DNA from: Candidatus Omnitrophota bacterium
GTDB lineage: Bacteria; Omnitrophota; Gorgyraeia; DTHP01
Reading direction: 5' to 3'
DNA length: 64,000 bases
Assembly: GCA_023819145.1 (NCBI GenBank)
Contig: JAMWCW010000001.1
Location: forward strand, 154,474 to 218,473
Positions 19,805 to 31,661 of this stretch are shown here, in pieces. Position numbers and translations under genes: made by a program. Below the pieces are notes generated by a model that was given only the letters and a program-made list of their open reading frames with translations, was not told where the DNA came from and ran no database searches. Every line of letters starts with the position of its first letter. Position 1 is the first letter of the stretch.

Positions 19805-21055
19805 TTACTTGGTTTTTGTATTTAGTAAGCGTTTTCTTACCATTTCCAAAGCTGCTTGTGATGTTTTCAGTTTTATATCTAACCTGTCTCCGATAAAGCG
19901 AAATTCTTGGACCATCGTTTTATCTTCTGTAGATAGGGCAATATAGACCAAACCCACCGGTTTCTGGTAAGAACCTCCTTTAGGACCCGCGATTCCTGTA
20001 ACTCCTAACCCGATGTCTACTTTTGCTATTTTACGGACATTTTTTGCCATGATTTCTGCTACTTCTTTACTTACCGCGCCATATTTTTCTAAAATTTTCT
20101 CAGGGACTTTAAGTAATTTAATCTTCTCTTGATTGGAATAAGCGACTATTCCTAAAACAAAATACTGCGAACTTCCAGAGATATTTGTAAGACGGTTGGC
20201 AATCAGTCCTCCAGTGCAAGACTCCGCTACCGCCAGAGTTTTTTTATTTTTGGCTAAAAATTTTCCCACCACTTCCTCCAAGGTTTCTTTATCTTTCCCA
20301 AAGACATAATTTGGGAGACGGCTTTTGATAATTTTCTCAATTTTAGCAATCTTTCTTAAAGCCTCTTTCTTGTTTTTTGCTTTGGCAGTAATTTTTAAAT
20401 CTATCTCTGCAGGATGAGCATATATGCCTACGGTTAAAGGAGGTTTTGATTCCAAAAGGTCTTTTATACTTTCCGCAATTTCTGATTCGCAGAGACCAGT
20501 AAGTTTTAAAGTTTTGCTGAAGATAATTTCTTTTGTCTTGGTTTTATCTTTTAAGAAAGGAATAATTTTCTTTTCAAACATCGGTTTTAATTCTAAAGGA
20601 GGGCCAGGTAAAGCAACGATAAATTTCTTATCTTTATCCAATATAAAACCAGGAGCAGTTCCTATGCTATTTTCCAAAATATGAGAGTTTTCAGGAACAT
20701 ATGCTTGACGTTTGTTACTGGGAGGAGTTTTTAACCCGCGCTTTTTGAAATGTGCTTCTATCCTTGAAAGAATTTCTTCATTGAATATAAGTTTACATTT
20801 AAAAGTTTTGGCAATGGTAGCAACAGTAATGTCATCTACTGTAGGACCAAGACCACCGGTGGTAATGATTATCTCCGAACGTCTAAAAGCTTGTTTCAAA
20901 AGAAAAGAGAGTCTTTTGGGATTGTCGCCTACGGTTGATTGATAGTAAACATCTATTCCCAACTGCGCCAGTTTCTCAGCTAAATAGGCAGCGTTGGTAT
21001 TAATAAGTTGACCTAAGAGTAATTCTGTGCCGATAGAGATAATTTCTGCCTTCAT
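19805..21055 (-). CDS. cinA: CinA competence/damage-inducible protein (MoCF-binding + nicotinamide-nucleotide amidohydrolase domains)
   Basis: N-terminal MKAEIISIGTELLLGQ..NTNA and a C-terminal CinA domain. Confidence 0.85.
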   Translation of the reverse strand: MKAEIISIGTELLLGQLINTNAAYLAEKLAQLGIDVYYQSTVGDNPKRLSFLLKQAFRRSEIIITTGGLGPTVDDITVATIAKTFKCKLIFNEEILSRIEAHFKKRGLKTPPSNKRQAYVPENSHILENSIGTAPGFILDKDKKFIVALPGPPLELKPMFEKKIIPFLKDKTKTKEIIFSKTLKLTGLCESEIAESIKDLLESKPPLTVGIYAHPAEIDLKITAKAKNKKEALRKIAKIEKIIKSRLPNYVFGKDKETLEEVVGKFLAKNKKTLAVAESCTGGLIANRLTNISGSSQYFVLGIVAYSNQEKIKLLKVPEKILEKYGAVSKEVAEIMAKNVRKIAKVDIGLGVTGIAGPKGGSYQKPVGLVYIALSTEDKTMVQEFRFIGDRLDIKLKTSQAALEMVRKRLLNTKTK

Positions 21056-21105
21056 TTAACTCTAAAGTATAGAATAGATTTCAACAAAAAACAACCAGAT
21101 TTTTC

Positions 21106-21134
21106 TTTACAAGATAAAATAGAGGGGATATAAT
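21106..21134 (+). promoter_or_regulatory. sigma70-like promoter upstream of recA (TTTACA-17-TATAAT)
   Basis: Motif spacing read directly. About 80 nt upstream of the recA start. Confidence 0.45.
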
Positions 21135-21216
21135 TTAATAAATCAAATTTTATTATTAGTTTAGCAAGAAAATAAGCATAAAACAAATTGTTATTAGATG
21201 AACAAAAGGAGGCAAT

Positions 21217-22245
21217 ATGGCAGAAATAAAAGCTAAAGAAGAAAAAAAAGAGGTAAAGACAGAGAAGGACCGTGCTTTAGATTTAGCCCTTGCGCAGATT
21301 GAGAAACAATTTGGTAAAGGTTCTATTATGCGCTTGGGTCAGGAGACAAAATTAGAAGTTGCTTTTATTCCTACGGGGTCGATAGCTCTTGACTATGCCT
21401 TAGGTATCGGCGGTGTTCCGCGAGGAAGAGTAGTAGAAATTTTTGGTCCTGAATCTTCAGGTAAAACTACACTTGCTTTAAGCATTATTAGTCAGACACA
21501 GCGCACAGGAGGGGTGGCCGCTTTTATCGATGCGGAACATGCTCTCGACCCCACCTACGCAAAAAAAGTGGGGGTAAATCTGGATGATTTGTTGATTTCT
21601 CAGCCCGATACAGGAGAGCAGGCTTTAGAGATTGCCGAAACTTTGGTGCGTTCCAATGCGGTAGATGTTATTGTGATTGATTCGGTAGCAGCACTGGTTC
21701 CCCGCGCGGAGATCGAAGGCGAAATGGGGGACCAACTTGTTGGCCTACAGGCAAGACTTATGTCCCAGGCAATGCGTAAGCTTACTGCTGCCATTAGCAA
21801 GTCCAAGACGTGTGTTATTTTTATTAACCAAATAAGAGAAAAGATTGGGATTATGTTTGGTAATCCTGAGACTACTCCGGGAGGAAGGGCTTTGAAATTT
21901 TATGCTTCCGTGAGAATAGATTTGAGGAGACAAGAAACTATAAAATCAGGTGATAATATTTTGGGGAGTAGGGTTAAGGCAAAGGTGGTGAAGAATAAAG
22001 TTGCTCCTCCTTTTCATGAGGCAAGTTTTGATATCTACTATGAAGAGGGAATCTCTAAAGAGAGTGGAATTATTGATTTAGGTACAGAACTTGGGATAAT
22101 TGAAAAATCAGGTGCTTGGCTGGTGTATGGAGATAAGAAATTAGGTCAAGGTAAGGATAATGCGCGGATTTTTTTGAAAGAAAATGCCAAAGTTTCCCAA
22201 GAAATTGAGACAAAGATAAGAGAGCGGATAGAAGCTACTTCTTGA
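21217..22245 (+). CDS. recA: Recombinase RecA
   Basis: [12 protein letters not shown] Walker A and the full RecA core. Confidence 0.97.
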   Translation: MAEIKAKEEKKEVKTEKDRALDLALAQIEKQFGKGSIMRLGQETKLEVAFIPTGSIALDYALGIGGVPRGRVVEIFGPESSGKTTLALSIISQTQRTGGVAAFIDAEHALDPTYAKKVGVNLDDLLISQPDTGEQALEIAETLVRSNAVDVIVIDSVAALVPRAEIEGEMGDQLVGLQARLMSQAMRKLTAAISKSKTCVIFINQIREKIGIMFGNPETTPGGRALKFYASVRIDLRRQETIKSGDNILGSRVKAKVVKNKVAPPFHEASFDIYYEEGISKESGIIDLGTELGIIEKSGAWLVYGDKKLGQGKDNARIFLKENAKVSQEIETKIRERIEATS

Positions 22246-22423
22246 TAAAATCAGCCACTGGGCAACAAGTCTAATTAAATTAATTTTGTAGGTCGTAATC
22301 TAGTAGTCAATGACCCAAAAATTAAGAATAAATTTTATGTTTTGTAATTTGCATTTTGTTTTTTGGAGGTATTCAAGATTCAGGATTGTTTGTCTATAAC
22401 TTGGATTGAAAGGAGGGTGGAGG

Positions 22424-23905
22424 ATGAAGGTAAATTTAAATAAAAAGACTTTTGCCGGAATTTTAATGATGGGATTGATTGTAGGATTAATTAGTGGGGT
22501 TATTATTACCGCGAGATTCAATTTTACGCCACAGAGCCAAGCTCTTTCTCAGGGAGAGACAGGTGATATTCTAAACGCTTTAGAGAGTGCTTTCATCAAA
22601 GTTGCCGAAGAGGTAGGACCTGCGGTAGTAAGTATTAGCACAGAAACTACCGAGGTGATGAAAGGAGGAGATTTCTTTTTTGGACCTTTTGGAAATGATT
22701 TCTTTGATGATTTCTTTAAGGAGTTTTTCGGAGAGGTTCCACGGAGAAAATTCAAGCGTATGGGAATTGGGTCGGGAGTAATTGTGCATAAAGACGGTTA
22801 TATTCTTACCAATCAGCATGTGATTGAAGGGGCGCAAAAGATTATGGTTACTTTGCCTGATGGTAGAGAATTTAAAGGCGAAGTTAAGGGAGTGGATGCA
22901 CGAGGAGACCTGGCGGTGATTAAGATTAGTGCCCATAATCTTCCGGTGGCAAAATTAGGAAATTCTGATGGAGTTAAAATTGGACAGTGGTCAATTGCTA
23001 TTGGTAATCCTTTTGGATTTGCAATTAATAATCCTAAACCGACTGTAACTATAGGAGTGGTTAGTGCTTTAAATCGTTCCCTACCGCGCACCAGTCGGCG
23101 TGACCGTCTCTATACAGGGTTGATCCAGACCGATGCTGCCATTAATCCAGGCAATAGCGGAGGCCCTCTAGTTAACATCAAAGGAGAGGTAATTGGTATC
23201 AATGTCGCTATATTTTCTACCAGTGGTGGATTTCAAGGGGTGGGGTTTGCTATTCCTATAAATACTGCCAAAGCGGTCTTACAGAATTTAATTGAAGGTA
23301 AAAAAATCTCTTATGGTTGGTTAGGAGTGAACATTCAAGATATCGACGAAAAGATTATGGATTATATGGAATTGACAGATAGAGAAGGAGTGATTATTGC
23401 CGAGGTTTTACCTGAAACTCCTGCAGAAAAAGCAGGTTTAAAGGAAGGAGATATTATAAAAACTTATGAAGGGGAAAAGATTAAGGATACCAATGATTTG
23501 TTGGTCAAGGTGGGATATACTCCTATAGGCAAGAAAATAAAATTGGGTATAATCCGAGATAAAAAAGAAATAAATATCGAAGTAGTGGTGGGAGAAAGAC
23601 CGGAAGAATTTGAAACTGCAAAAGGTAAGGCTTCTGCTGGGAGTTGGAGGGGGATGGAAGTGGAGACTTTAACTTCTGAGGAAGCAAAGCGGAGGAATTT
23701 GGGAATATCACGGGGAGTGATTATTGTTAAAGTTGAAGAAGATAGCCCTGCAGAAGAAGCAGGTCTTAGTGAAGGTGACGTAATTTTATCCATTAACAAT
23801 ATCCCCATCAAAAATGTGGAGGATTATCAGAAAGTGATCGATTCTGTCAAGGGAGATTGTTTGGTTCGGACGCAAAGAGGATTTGTGGTTTTGAAGGAGA
23901 AATAG
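22424..23905 (+). CDS. htrA: HtrA/DegP-family serine protease with two PDZ domains
   Basis: His-Asp-Ser triad context (TNQHV, DLAV, GNSGGPL) plus two PDZ domains. ATG at 22424 follows AAGGAGGG. Confidence 0.9.
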   Translation: MKVNLNKKTFAGILMMGLIVGLISGVIITARFNFTPQSQALSQGETGDILNALESAFIKVAEEVGPAVVSISTETTEVMKGGDFFFGPFGNDFFDDFFKEFFGEVPRRKFKRMGIGSGVIVHKDGYILTNQHVIEGAQKIMVTLPDGREFKGEVKGVDARGDLAVIKISAHNLPVAKLGNSDGVKIGQWSIAIGNPFGFAINNPKPTVTIGVVSALNRSLPRTSRRDRLYTGLIQTDAAINPGNSGGPLVNIKGEVIGINVAIFSTSGGFQGVGFAIPINTAKAVLQNLIEGKKISYGWLGVNIQDIDEKIMDYMELTDREGVIIAEVLPETPAEKAGLKEGDIIKTYEGEKIKDTNDLLVKVGYTPIGKKIKLGIIRDKKEINIEVVVGERPEEFETAKGKASAGSWRGMEVETLTSEEAKRRNLGISRGVIIVKVEEDSPAEEAGLSEGDVILSINNIPIKNVEDYQKVIDSVKGDCLVRTQRGFVVLKEK

Positions 23906-23914
23906 CTTTATTTA

Positions 23915-24373
23915 ATGGAACAAGACAAAGCAAGAAGTTATGCGCTCCGTTTGCTTAAATATCGTCCACGCACAAGGAAAGAGATTTTAGAAAGGCTTAG
24001 GAAGAAGAATTTTTCTTCGGAATCGATAGAAAAGACAATTCAGGATTTAACAGATTTGGGTTTAATTGACGATAGAGCGTTTGTAAAGTTTTGGATTAAC
24101 TGGAGAAAAGAAGTTAATCCGCGCAGTAAGAACTTTGTTTTGTGGGAGCTTCGTCAAAAAGGTATCTCGCCAGATTTGATTGAAGAAGAGATAAAGGCGA
24201 TAAGTTCAGAAGTAGACTTTCTACAGGCAAAAGAACTGGCAAAAAGGCGGTTTGAAAAATTTAAATATCTCACACCTGATAAAGCCAAACGTCGTATATA
24301 CGGGTATCTTCAAAGAAGGGGTTTCGCTCAAGAGGTGATTTTTGAGGTAATAAAGACGATATTCAAAAGTTAA
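23915..24373 (+). CDS. recX: RecA regulator RecX
   Basis: Immediately downstream of recA/htrA. RecX-type three-helix repeats (ALRLLKYRPRTRKEILERL). Confidence 0.8.
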   Translation: MEQDKARSYALRLLKYRPRTRKEILERLRKKNFSSESIEKTIQDLTDLGLIDDRAFVKFWINWRKEVNPRSKNFVLWELRQKGISPDLIEEEIKAISSEVDFLQAKELAKRRFEKFKYLTPDKAKRRIYGYLQRRGFAQEVIFEVIKTIFKS

Positions 24374-24410
24374 GAGGATTTTCCCTCTTAATTTGCTATC
24401 GTATTTTTCG
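24371..24410 (+). terminator. Candidate intrinsic terminator after recX
   Basis: TAAGAGG-attttc-CCTCTTA hairpin followed by a T-rich stretch. Confidence 0.4.
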
Positions 24411-24460
24411 TAAAGTAAACCAAGCACATATACAAGTATAGCCGGTTAAGCAAATATTTT

Positions 24461-27112
24461 ATGCAGACAGATGAGATTCGGAAAAAATTTCTGGATTTTT
24501 TTTCCTCTAAGGAACACCGAATATTTCCTTCTTCTTCATTAGTTCCCCAAGACGACCCTACAGTTTTATTTACCACCGCAGGTATGAACCAGTTTAAAGA
24601 GCAGTTTTTGGGAAAGATTACTGATTTCCGCAGAGCGGCAAGCTGTCAGAAGTGCTTAAGGACAGATGATTTGGATAAGGTAGGTAAAACTCCCAGTCAT
24701 CATACTTTTTTCGAAATGTTGGGCAATTTTTCTTTTGGTGATTATTTTAAAGAAGAAGCAATTACCTGGGCTTGGGAATTTGTTACGCAGGTTCTCAAAA
24801 TCTCTGTGGCCAAACTTTGGGTTTCCGTCTATCTTGATGATAACATCGCGTATGAAGTCTGGGAGAAAAAAATAAAGATAGACAGAAATCGGATAATAAG
24901 GCTGGGACAAGAGGAAAATTTTTGGCCTTCTAATGTTGTTATTGAAGGTCCCAATGGTCCCTGCGGTCCTTGTTCTGAGATTTTCTTTGACCAAGGAGAA
25001 AAAACCGGCTGTGGTAGAAAGGACTGCAATCCCTCTTGTAATTGTGGTCGGTTTGTAGAGGTTTGGAATTTAGTCTTTACCCAATACAATCGCCTTGAGG
25101 ATGAAAGTGGCAGAGGATATCTTAAACCCCTTCCCCAACAAAACATTGATACGGGAATGGGACTGGAGAGAATTTCCGCGGTTATGCAAGGAGTATTAAC
25201 TAACTTTGAAATAGATATTCTTAAGCCGATAGTAAAAGAAATTAAAGCCGAAATTCGGAATCCAGTATCCGGAAACCTAAGTTCAATTTATGCTATTGCT
25301 GACCATACTCGGGCAGTAGTTTTTGCCATTGGCGATGGAGTTTTACCTTCTAATGAAGAAAGGGGTTATGTGGTAAGGAAGTTAATTCGTCGTGCATTTT
25401 GGTATGGATATTGTTTAGGCATAAAGAAGGAATTTCTTTATAGGATTGTTCCTATAGTTACCAAGGCAATGTCTGTGCCCTATCCTGAACTGGAGGAACG
25501 AAGAGAAAATATTTCTCAGATTATTCTTGCAGAGGAGAAGCGTTTTCAGAACACCCTGGAAGAGGGATTAAATATTTTAGATGGCTTAATGGGTGAGGTT
25601 AAGAAAAAAAATGACAAGGTAATAAGAGGAGAAGATGCTTTCAAATTGTATGATACTTATGGTTTTCCTCTTGAACTTACCCAGTTGATTGCCAAAAGAG
25701 AAGGTTTAGAAGTAGAGAGAGAAAAATTTAATCTGCTTATGGAAGAACAAAGAAAGCGTTCCCAAGAAAAGAGTAAAATCAGGAAAGAAATTTTTATTTC
25801 TGAAGTTGCCGATGGTTCCAGAATTGAGAGGATTAATCCCACGGTATTTGTGGGTTATGATAATTTTGTTATTTTTACAAAAGTTTTAGGTATTTTTAGC
25901 AAAGAAGAGTTTATCGAAGAAGCAAATTCCGGAGAAGAGGTAGAGATAATTTTGGAAGAAACTCCTTTCTACCCAGAAGGCGGGGGGCAGGTTGGAGATA
26001 CGGGATTAATAGAAACAGAAAGTGTTAAGGTAGAGATTGAGAATACACTGCGCAAGGGAGACCATATTTTGCATCACGGAAAGGTGATTTCGGGTAAGAT
26101 AAGCTTAAATGATAAGGTTAATGCTAAAATAGATAAGGAGAGAAGGTTGGATATTACGCGTAATCATACCGCAACTCACCTTTTGCAATTTGTTCTACGG
26201 GAGGTTTTAGGAGGGCATATTCAACAGTCAGGTTCTCTTGTAGAATCCGAACGTCTCCGTTTTGACTTTTCCCATTTTAAAGCTATAAGCGAAGAGCAAC
26301 TTGGACGGATAGAAAGTAGGGTTAATGAACTTATCAGAAATAATAATAAACTGGAGTTTGAATTTAAAAATATTGAAGAGGCAAAAAGGAGTGGGGCTTT
26401 GGCTTTCTTCGGAGAAAAATATAAGGAGGAAGTAAGGGTAGTAAAAATCGGTGATTATAGTAAGGAATTATGCGGGGGGACGCATGTGAATTACACTGGA
26501 GAAATTGGTTTATTTGTCATTATCAGTGAATCTTCAATTGCTCAAGGTGTAAGAAGGATAGAAGCCTTAACGGGAAGAGTGGCGTATAATAGAATAAGCC
26601 AGATGTTTGCGCATATAAAGGGAATCTCCTCACGTTATAAAATTAGCGCAGAAGAGGTTTCTAATTATATTGATAATTTACGGGAAAAGTTAACCTCTTT
26701 GGAGAAGGAGACGCAAGAATTAAAACTAAAGATTTTTGAAAAAATAGATTTAGGAAAATTGATGGAAGAAGCAAAGGAGTTGGGATGGGTAAAGATAATA
26801 TTTAAGAGAGTTGATGAACCTGTAGAGATATTGAGGAAATATATAGATATTTTGAAAGAAAAGGCTAAAGAGGATCTCTGTATAATATTTTCCTCTTTGT
26901 ATGAAGGCAAAGCAACAGTGCTAGTTGGGCTGACGAAAGAAATTACAGGGGTTCTTGAAGCAGGGAAGATAGCCCAGAGGATTTCTTCATTAATTGGTGG
27001 TTCGGGTGGAGGAAGGAATGATTTAGCTCAGGCAGGGACAAAGGATGTGGATAAAATTAATTTTATTAATATTGACACTGTTTCTGAGTTGATAAAGGAG
27101 TTTAAAAAATGA
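24461..27112 (+). CDS. alaS: Alanine--tRNA ligase
   Basis: Class II core (FTTAGM, FEMLGNFSFGDYFK), the editing-domain HxxxH/CxxxH region and a C-terminal DHHA1 domain. Confidence 0.97.
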   Translation: MQTDEIRKKFLDFFSSKEHRIFPSSSLVPQDDPTVLFTTAGMNQFKEQFLGKITDFRRAASCQKCLRTDDLDKVGKTPSHHTFFEMLGNFSFGDYFKEEAITWAWEFVTQVLKISVAKLWVSVYLDDNIAYEVWEKKIKIDRNRIIRLGQEENFWPSNVVIEGPNGPCGPCSEIFFDQGEKTGCGRKDCNPSCNCGRFVEVWNLVFTQYNRLEDESGRGYLKPLPQQNIDTGMGLERISAVMQGVLTNFEIDILKPIVKEIKAEIRNPVSGNLSSIYAIADHTRAVVFAIGDGVLPSNEERGYVVRKLIRRAFWYGYCLGIKKEFLYRIVPIVTKAMSVPYPELEERRENISQIILAEEKRFQNTLEEGLNILDGLMGEVKKKNDKVIRGEDAFKLYDTYGFPLELTQLIAKREGLEVEREKFNLLMEEQRKRSQEKSKIRKEIFISEVADGSRIERINPTVFVGYDNFVIFTKVLGIFSKEEFIEEANSGEEVEIILEETPFYPEGGGQVGDTGLIETESVKVEIENTLRKGDHILHHGKVISGKISLNDKVNAKIDKERRLDITRNHTATHLLQFVLREVLGGHIQQSGSLVESERLRFDFSHFKAISEEQLGRIESRVNELIRNNNKLEFEFKNIEEAKRSGALAFFGEKYKEEVRVVKIGDYSKELCGGTHVNYTGEIGLFVIISESSIAQGVRRIEALTGRVAYNRISQMFAHIKGISSRYKISAEEVSNYIDNLREKLTSLEKETQELKLKIFEKIDLGKLMEEAKELGWVKIIFKRVDEPVEILRKYIDILKEKAKEDLCIIFSSLYEGKATVLVGLTKEITGVLEAGKIAQRISSLIGGSGGGRNDLAQAGTKDVDKINFINIDTVSELIKEFKK

Positions 27113-28326
27113 GGCTTTTGAAACTTTATAGTAAAGAGCTGGAGAAATTAATCAACCGTATTTGTCTTCGCAAAAAACGGGTGGAGAAGACAGTAACAAA
27201 GATTATTGACAATGTGCGCAACAATGGAGACGAGGCGGTTCTGAAATATACCTATAAGTTCGACAGAGTAAAATTAAACTCTCGGCAGATGCGCGTTACT
27301 GAGGCAGAGATAAGCGGAGCGTTTCAGAATATCCAGCCAGAATTTGTAACTAATCTTAAAGCCATCATTGATAACGTAGAGAGATTTTATAAGAAAAGAA
27401 TAAAGAAATCCTGGCGCATGCGCAGTGATGAAGGAGTAATTTTAGGAGAGGAAGTCTTTCCGCTTAAGAGAGTAGGGATATACATCCCGGCAGGAACCGC
27501 GCCTCTGATTTCTACTATTTATATGACGGTTATTCCCGCAAGAATTGCCGGAGTGGAGGAGATTGTTTTGGTTACTCCTCCTGGCAAAGATGGTTTTGTA
27601 AACCCTTATATTTTAGTGGTTGCCAGTCTTCTTAAGGTTAAAGAAATTTATAAGATGGGAGGAGCTCAAGCAATTGCCGCTCTTGCTTTAGGAACAAAAA
27701 CCATAAAAAAGGTGGATAAAATTGTTGGACCAGGTAATGTTTATGTTACGGAAGCAAAACGTCAGGTTTTTGGATATGTGGACATCGATATGCTTGCAGG
27801 TCCTTCGGAAGTGGTGATTATTGCAAATAGATTTAGCAATCCGGCTTTCGTCGTTGCGGATTTGAAGGCACAAGCAGAACACGTTGGGGGAACATCTTTC
27901 TTAATTACTACTTCTAAAAGTCTGGCGAAGTTGGTAAAAAAAGAAGTAGATACAGGTTATCTTATTCTGGTCAATAATTTAGATGAAGCGATAGAGTTAG
28001 CCAACCGCATTGCTCCGGAGCATCTTGAGATTCTTGTAGAGAATCCTCGGCGGATAATCAAGAAGATACGCAATGCGGGATGTGTTTTTGTTGGTCCTTA
28101 TAGCCCGGTGGCGGTAGGAGATTATGTAGCAGGACCGAGTCACGTATTGCCCACCGGAGGAAGTGCAAGATTCTTTTCTGCTTTGGGGGTTGAAGATTTT
28201 ATGAAGACAACTCACTTGATCATATATTCCAAAAAAGCTCTCGAGAAGGAAAAAGGCCTTATCGAAACAATTGCCAAGATTGAGAGGATGGAGAAGCATA
28301 TTAATTCAATAAATGTGAGATTCTAA
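27109..28326 (+). CDS. hisD: Histidinol dehydrogenase
   Basis: GGAQAIAALALGT and AGPSEVVIIA motifs. Its start overlaps the alaS stop (ATGA). Confidence 0.9.
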   Translation: MRLLKLYSKELEKLINRICLRKKRVEKTVTKIIDNVRNNGDEAVLKYTYKFDRVKLNSRQMRVTEAEISGAFQNIQPEFVTNLKAIIDNVERFYKKRIKKSWRMRSDEGVILGEEVFPLKRVGIYIPAGTAPLISTIYMTVIPARIAGVEEIVLVTPPGKDGFVNPYILVVASLLKVKEIYKMGGAQAIAALALGTKTIKKVDKIVGPGNVYVTEAKRQVFGYVDIDMLAGPSEVVIIANRFSNPAFVVADLKAQAEHVGGTSFLITTSKSLAKLVKKEVDTGYLILVNNLDEAIELANRIAPEHLEILVENPRRIIKKIRNAGCVFVGPYSPVAVGDYVAGPSHVLPTGGSARFFSALGVEDFMKTTHLIIYSKKALEKEKGLIETIAKIERMEKHINSINVRF

Positions 28327-28402
28327 AATAAGTATAAATCTCTTTCCAAAAGGGCTATTTGGTTATAAATTTTGAATAAATTTGAATAAAAAGGAGAGAA
28401 TA

Positions 28403-29002
28403 ATGGAAAAGCGTAAAGCTTCATTACGAAGAAAGACAAAAGAGACAAACATTTCTATTCGTTTAAACATAGATGGAACGGGTAGATACCAAATAGATAC
28501 AGGTATTGGTTTTCTAAACCATATGTTAGAATTATTTTCTTTTCATGGATTTTTTGATTTAGATATTAAGGCAAAAGGAGATTTGGATGTGGATATTCAT
28601 CATACCAACGAAGATATTGGTATAGCTTTAGCCGAGGCATTTAATAAAGCTTTGGGTGATAAGAAAGGTATAAGAAGATTTGGTTCTTCTTTTATTCCCA
28701 TGGATGAAACACTTGTGCAGGTTGTTTTGGATATTTCCGGAAGGCCGAATCTGATAATTGCTGGAGTCCCAGAGCAACAGCGTGATAAACAGAAAAAAGG
28801 CTACAATTTAAATGATGCTAAACAGTTTCTCAAGGCATTTGTTAATACTTTAGGCATTAACCTCCATATTCAGATTCTTTATGGCGAGGATACCCACCAT
28901 ATTATTGAGGCGATATTTAAAGGGTTGGCTAAGGCATTAGATGAGGCTTCACAAATAGAGGAACGTAAGCGAATAATTCCTTCCACTAAGGGGAAAATAT
29001 AA
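28403..29002 (+). CDS. hisB: Imidazoleglycerol-phosphate dehydratase
   Basis: RKTKETNISIRLNIDG...HHTNEDIGIALAEA. ATG follows AAGGAGAG. Confidence 0.9.
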   Translation: MEKRKASLRRKTKETNISIRLNIDGTGRYQIDTGIGFLNHMLELFSFHGFFDLDIKAKGDLDVDIHHTNEDIGIALAEAFNKALGDKKGIRRFGSSFIPMDETLVQVVLDISGRPNLIIAGVPEQQRDKQKKGYNLNDAKQFLKAFVNTLGINLHIQILYGEDTHHIIEAIFKGLAKALDEASQIEERKRIIPSTKGKI

Positions 29003-29005
29003 AAG

Positions 29006-29728
29006 GTGTTAGTAATTCCTGCAATAGACATTAAAGAAAGTAAGGTAGTTCGTTTAGAAAAAGGAGAATTTGATAAAGTATCTCTTTATTCTGATAATCC
29101 TCTGGAGGTGGCGCTTTTTTGGGAAAGAGAGGGTGCAGAGATACTTCACATTGTAGACCTGGAGGGAGCATTATTAGGGATTCCTCGAAACTTAGATTTA
29201 ATTAAGGAAATAGTCAAGAATTTAAAGATTCCTGTACAGGTGGGAGGAGGCATTAGAAGAAAAGAAGATATTGTCCAACTTTTGGAGGCAGGAGTAAAAA
29301 GAATCGTGATGGGAACAAGGGCTTGCGAAGATATTGATTGGCTAAAAACGGTAATAGAAGATTGCCCGGCTAAAATTATCGTTAGTTTAGATATTAAGGA
29401 TGGTTTTTTAGCTACTGAGGGATGGACAAAAAAAACCGTAATTAAACCTGAGGATTTTGTTAGAGATTTAACTAATTTAGGAATGGACACTTTTATTCTT
29501 ACCGATATTAAAAGAGATGGAACATTAAAGGGGATAAGAATTGATTATATTTCTGAATTCTTATCAAGGACAAATATAAAGGTTATTGTTGCCGGAGGAG
29601 TGGGAAGTCTCGAAGACCTCCAGGCACTTAGAGCGATTTCCGATAAGGGGGTAATAGGTGTAATTATCGGAAAGGCACTCTACGAGAAAAAATTTACTTT
29701 TAAGGAGGCGAGGAAAATTGCAGAATAA
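29006..29728 (+). CDS. hisA: Phosphoribosylformimino-5-aminoimidazole carboxamide ribotide isomerase
   Basis: [35 protein letters not shown]... (beta/alpha)8 barrel. GTG start. Confidence 0.85.
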   Translation: MLVIPAIDIKESKVVRLEKGEFDKVSLYSDNPLEVALFWEREGAEILHIVDLEGALLGIPRNLDLIKEIVKNLKIPVQVGGGIRRKEDIVQLLEAGVKRIVMGTRACEDIDWLKTVIEDCPAKIIVSLDIKDGFLATEGWTKKTVIKPEDFVRDLTNLGMDTFILTDIKRDGTLKGIRIDYISEFLSRTNIKVIVAGGVGSLEDLQALRAISDKGVIGVIIGKALYEKKFTFKEARKIAE

Positions 29729-30104
29729 GTTACGGATTATACAGGTAAAAAAAGGATTAAAATCGTTTCTCAAAGAATTGAAATTTGATGAAAAAGGGCT
29801 TATACCCGCAGTTATTCAAGATTTTAAAACAGGCGAAGTGCTGATGGTGGCTTATATGAACAGGTCTTCTTTGAGCAAAACAATTGAAGCCGGAAAAACT
29901 CATTTTTGGAGTCGCTCAAGGAATAAACTTTGGTTGAAGGGAGAAACTTCGGGGAATTTTCAGATAGTTAAAAAGATATTCTATGATTGTGACGGTGATT
30001 GTTTATTGTTTAAAATAAAACAGGTGGGAGGGGTTGCTTGCCATACGGGAAACCGTTCCTGCTTCTTCAGAGAATTTAAGCCTAAAGTTAAAGAGCAGAA
30101 ATAA
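29718..30104 (+). CDS. hisI: Phosphoribosyl-AMP cyclohydrolase (HisI only, no fused HisE)
   Basis: LIPAVIQD...VLMVAYMN...[24 protein letters not shown] start overlapping hisA. Confidence 0.85.
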   Translation: MQNKLRIIQVKKGLKSFLKELKFDEKGLIPAVIQDFKTGEVLMVAYMNRSSLSKTIEAGKTHFWSRSRNKLWLKGETSGNFQIVKKIFYDCDGDCLLFKIKQVGGVACHTGNRSCFFREFKPKVKEQK

Positions 30105-30156
30105 AAACTTCTAATTAGGGATTACCAATTTCAAATTACGGATAAGAGAATATTCC

Positions 30157-31635
30157 ATGGTTTACCCAACTAAAAAAGATTTTATCAAATTATCCAAAAA
30201 AGGTAATCTCATTCCCGTATACTGTGAGTTATTGGCTGATTTAGAGACACCTGTTTCTGCTTTTATGAAAATTGATACTGAAGATTATTCTTTTTTATTA
30301 GAATCTGTGGAGGGACAAGAGAATATTGCCCGTTACTCTTTTTTAGCAAGTGGAGCATCTTTGATTTTCAGCGCCAAGGGTAAAGAGGTAGAAATTATTG
30401 AGAAAGGCAGAAAGGTAAAATCCTTAACGGAAGACCCTTTAGAGAATATTAAGAAGGTGCTGAAGAAGTTTCAATTCGTTGTTCTTGAAGACCTTCCGCG
30501 TTTCTCCGGAGGTTTGGTAGGGTATATTGGATACAATACGGTAAGATTTTTTGAGGATATACCACTCCAGAATAAAGATGACCTTGGCCTTCCCGATTGT
30601 TTATTCATGCTTGCGGATAGTCTGATTATTTTCGACCATCTCAAGCATAGAATTAAAGTAGTAGTCAATGCTTATATCGAGGATAATAAATATAGTGGGG
30701 CTATCTATGATAAGACTGTAACAAAAGTAGAAGCGCTGGTTAAAAAACTGAAAAGTTCGTTCAAGCCTTTAAGTCATCATTGCCGAAAAAATTCGTTGCT
30801 CAAGGTTCGTTCAAATTTTACCAAGAAAGATTTTATACAGGCGGTAAATAAGGCAAAGGAATATATAAAAAAAGGAGAGATTATTCAGGTGGTTCTTTCT
30901 CAGCGTTTGATTACCAAAATTAATACAAAAAGTTTTGATGTTTATAGGGCATTGCGTTCAATAAACCCCTCTCCCTATATGTATTATCTTAAATTTAAGA
31001 ATTTCTCCCTTGTAGGAGCCTCTCCGGAAGTATTTGTGCGTTGTGAGGAGGGAAATGTAGAATTGCGTCCGATAGCCGGGACCAGGGTAAGGGGAGGAAA
31101 TCTTGAAGAAGATAAGTTATTGGAAGAGGAACTTTTAAAAAGCAAAAAAGAATGTGCGGAACACATTATGCTTGTAGATTTAGGAAGAAACGATTTGGGT
31201 AGAGTTTGTGAATTTGGAACTGTAAAGGTAACTGAACTTATGGTAATTGAGCGCTATTCCCATGTGATGCATATTGTTTCTAATATCGTGGGAAAATTAA
31301 AAAAAGATAGAGATATCTTTGATTTAATAAGAGCAACTTTTCCTGCAGGCACCGTGACTGGCGCTCCTAAGATTAGAGCGATGGAAATCATTGCTGAATT
31401 GGAAGAAATTGCTCGTGGTCCTTATGCAGGTTGTGTTGGGTATTTCAGTTTTTCCGGGAATTTAGATTCCTGTATTACCATTCGGACGATTATTATTAAA
31501 GATGGTCAAGCCTACATTCAAGCAGGCGCGGGTATTGTGGCAGATTCCGAACCAGATTCGGAGTATCAGGAGACAGTAAATAAAGCAAAAGCGATGCTGA
31601 GAGCAATAGAACTGGCAGAACAAGGGATGATTTAG
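30157..31635 (+). CDS. trpE: Anthranilate synthase component I
   Basis: Chorismate-binding domain motifs ([23 protein letters not shown]). Confidence 0.9.
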   Translation: MVYPTKKDFIKLSKKGNLIPVYCELLADLETPVSAFMKIDTEDYSFLLESVEGQENIARYSFLASGASLIFSAKGKEVEIIEKGRKVKSLTEDPLENIKKVLKKFQFVVLEDLPRFSGGLVGYIGYNTVRFFEDIPLQNKDDLGLPDCLFMLADSLIIFDHLKHRIKVVVNAYIEDNKYSGAIYDKTVTKVEALVKKLKSSFKPLSHHCRKNSLLKVRSNFTKKDFIQAVNKAKEYIKKGEIIQVVLSQRLITKINTKSFDVYRALRSINPSPYMYYLKFKNFSLVGASPEVFVRCEEGNVELRPIAGTRVRGGNLEEDKLLEEELLKSKKECAEHIMLVDLGRNDLGRVCEFGTVKVTELMVIERYSHVMHIVSNIVGKLKKDRDIFDLIRATFPAGTVTGAPKIRAMEIIAELEEIARGPYAGCVGYFSFSGNLDSCITIRTIIIKDGQAYIQAGAGIVADSEPDSEYQETVNKAKAMLRAIELAEQGMI

Positions 31636-31661
31636 ACCTAAGAAATAAAGGGGATAAGAAG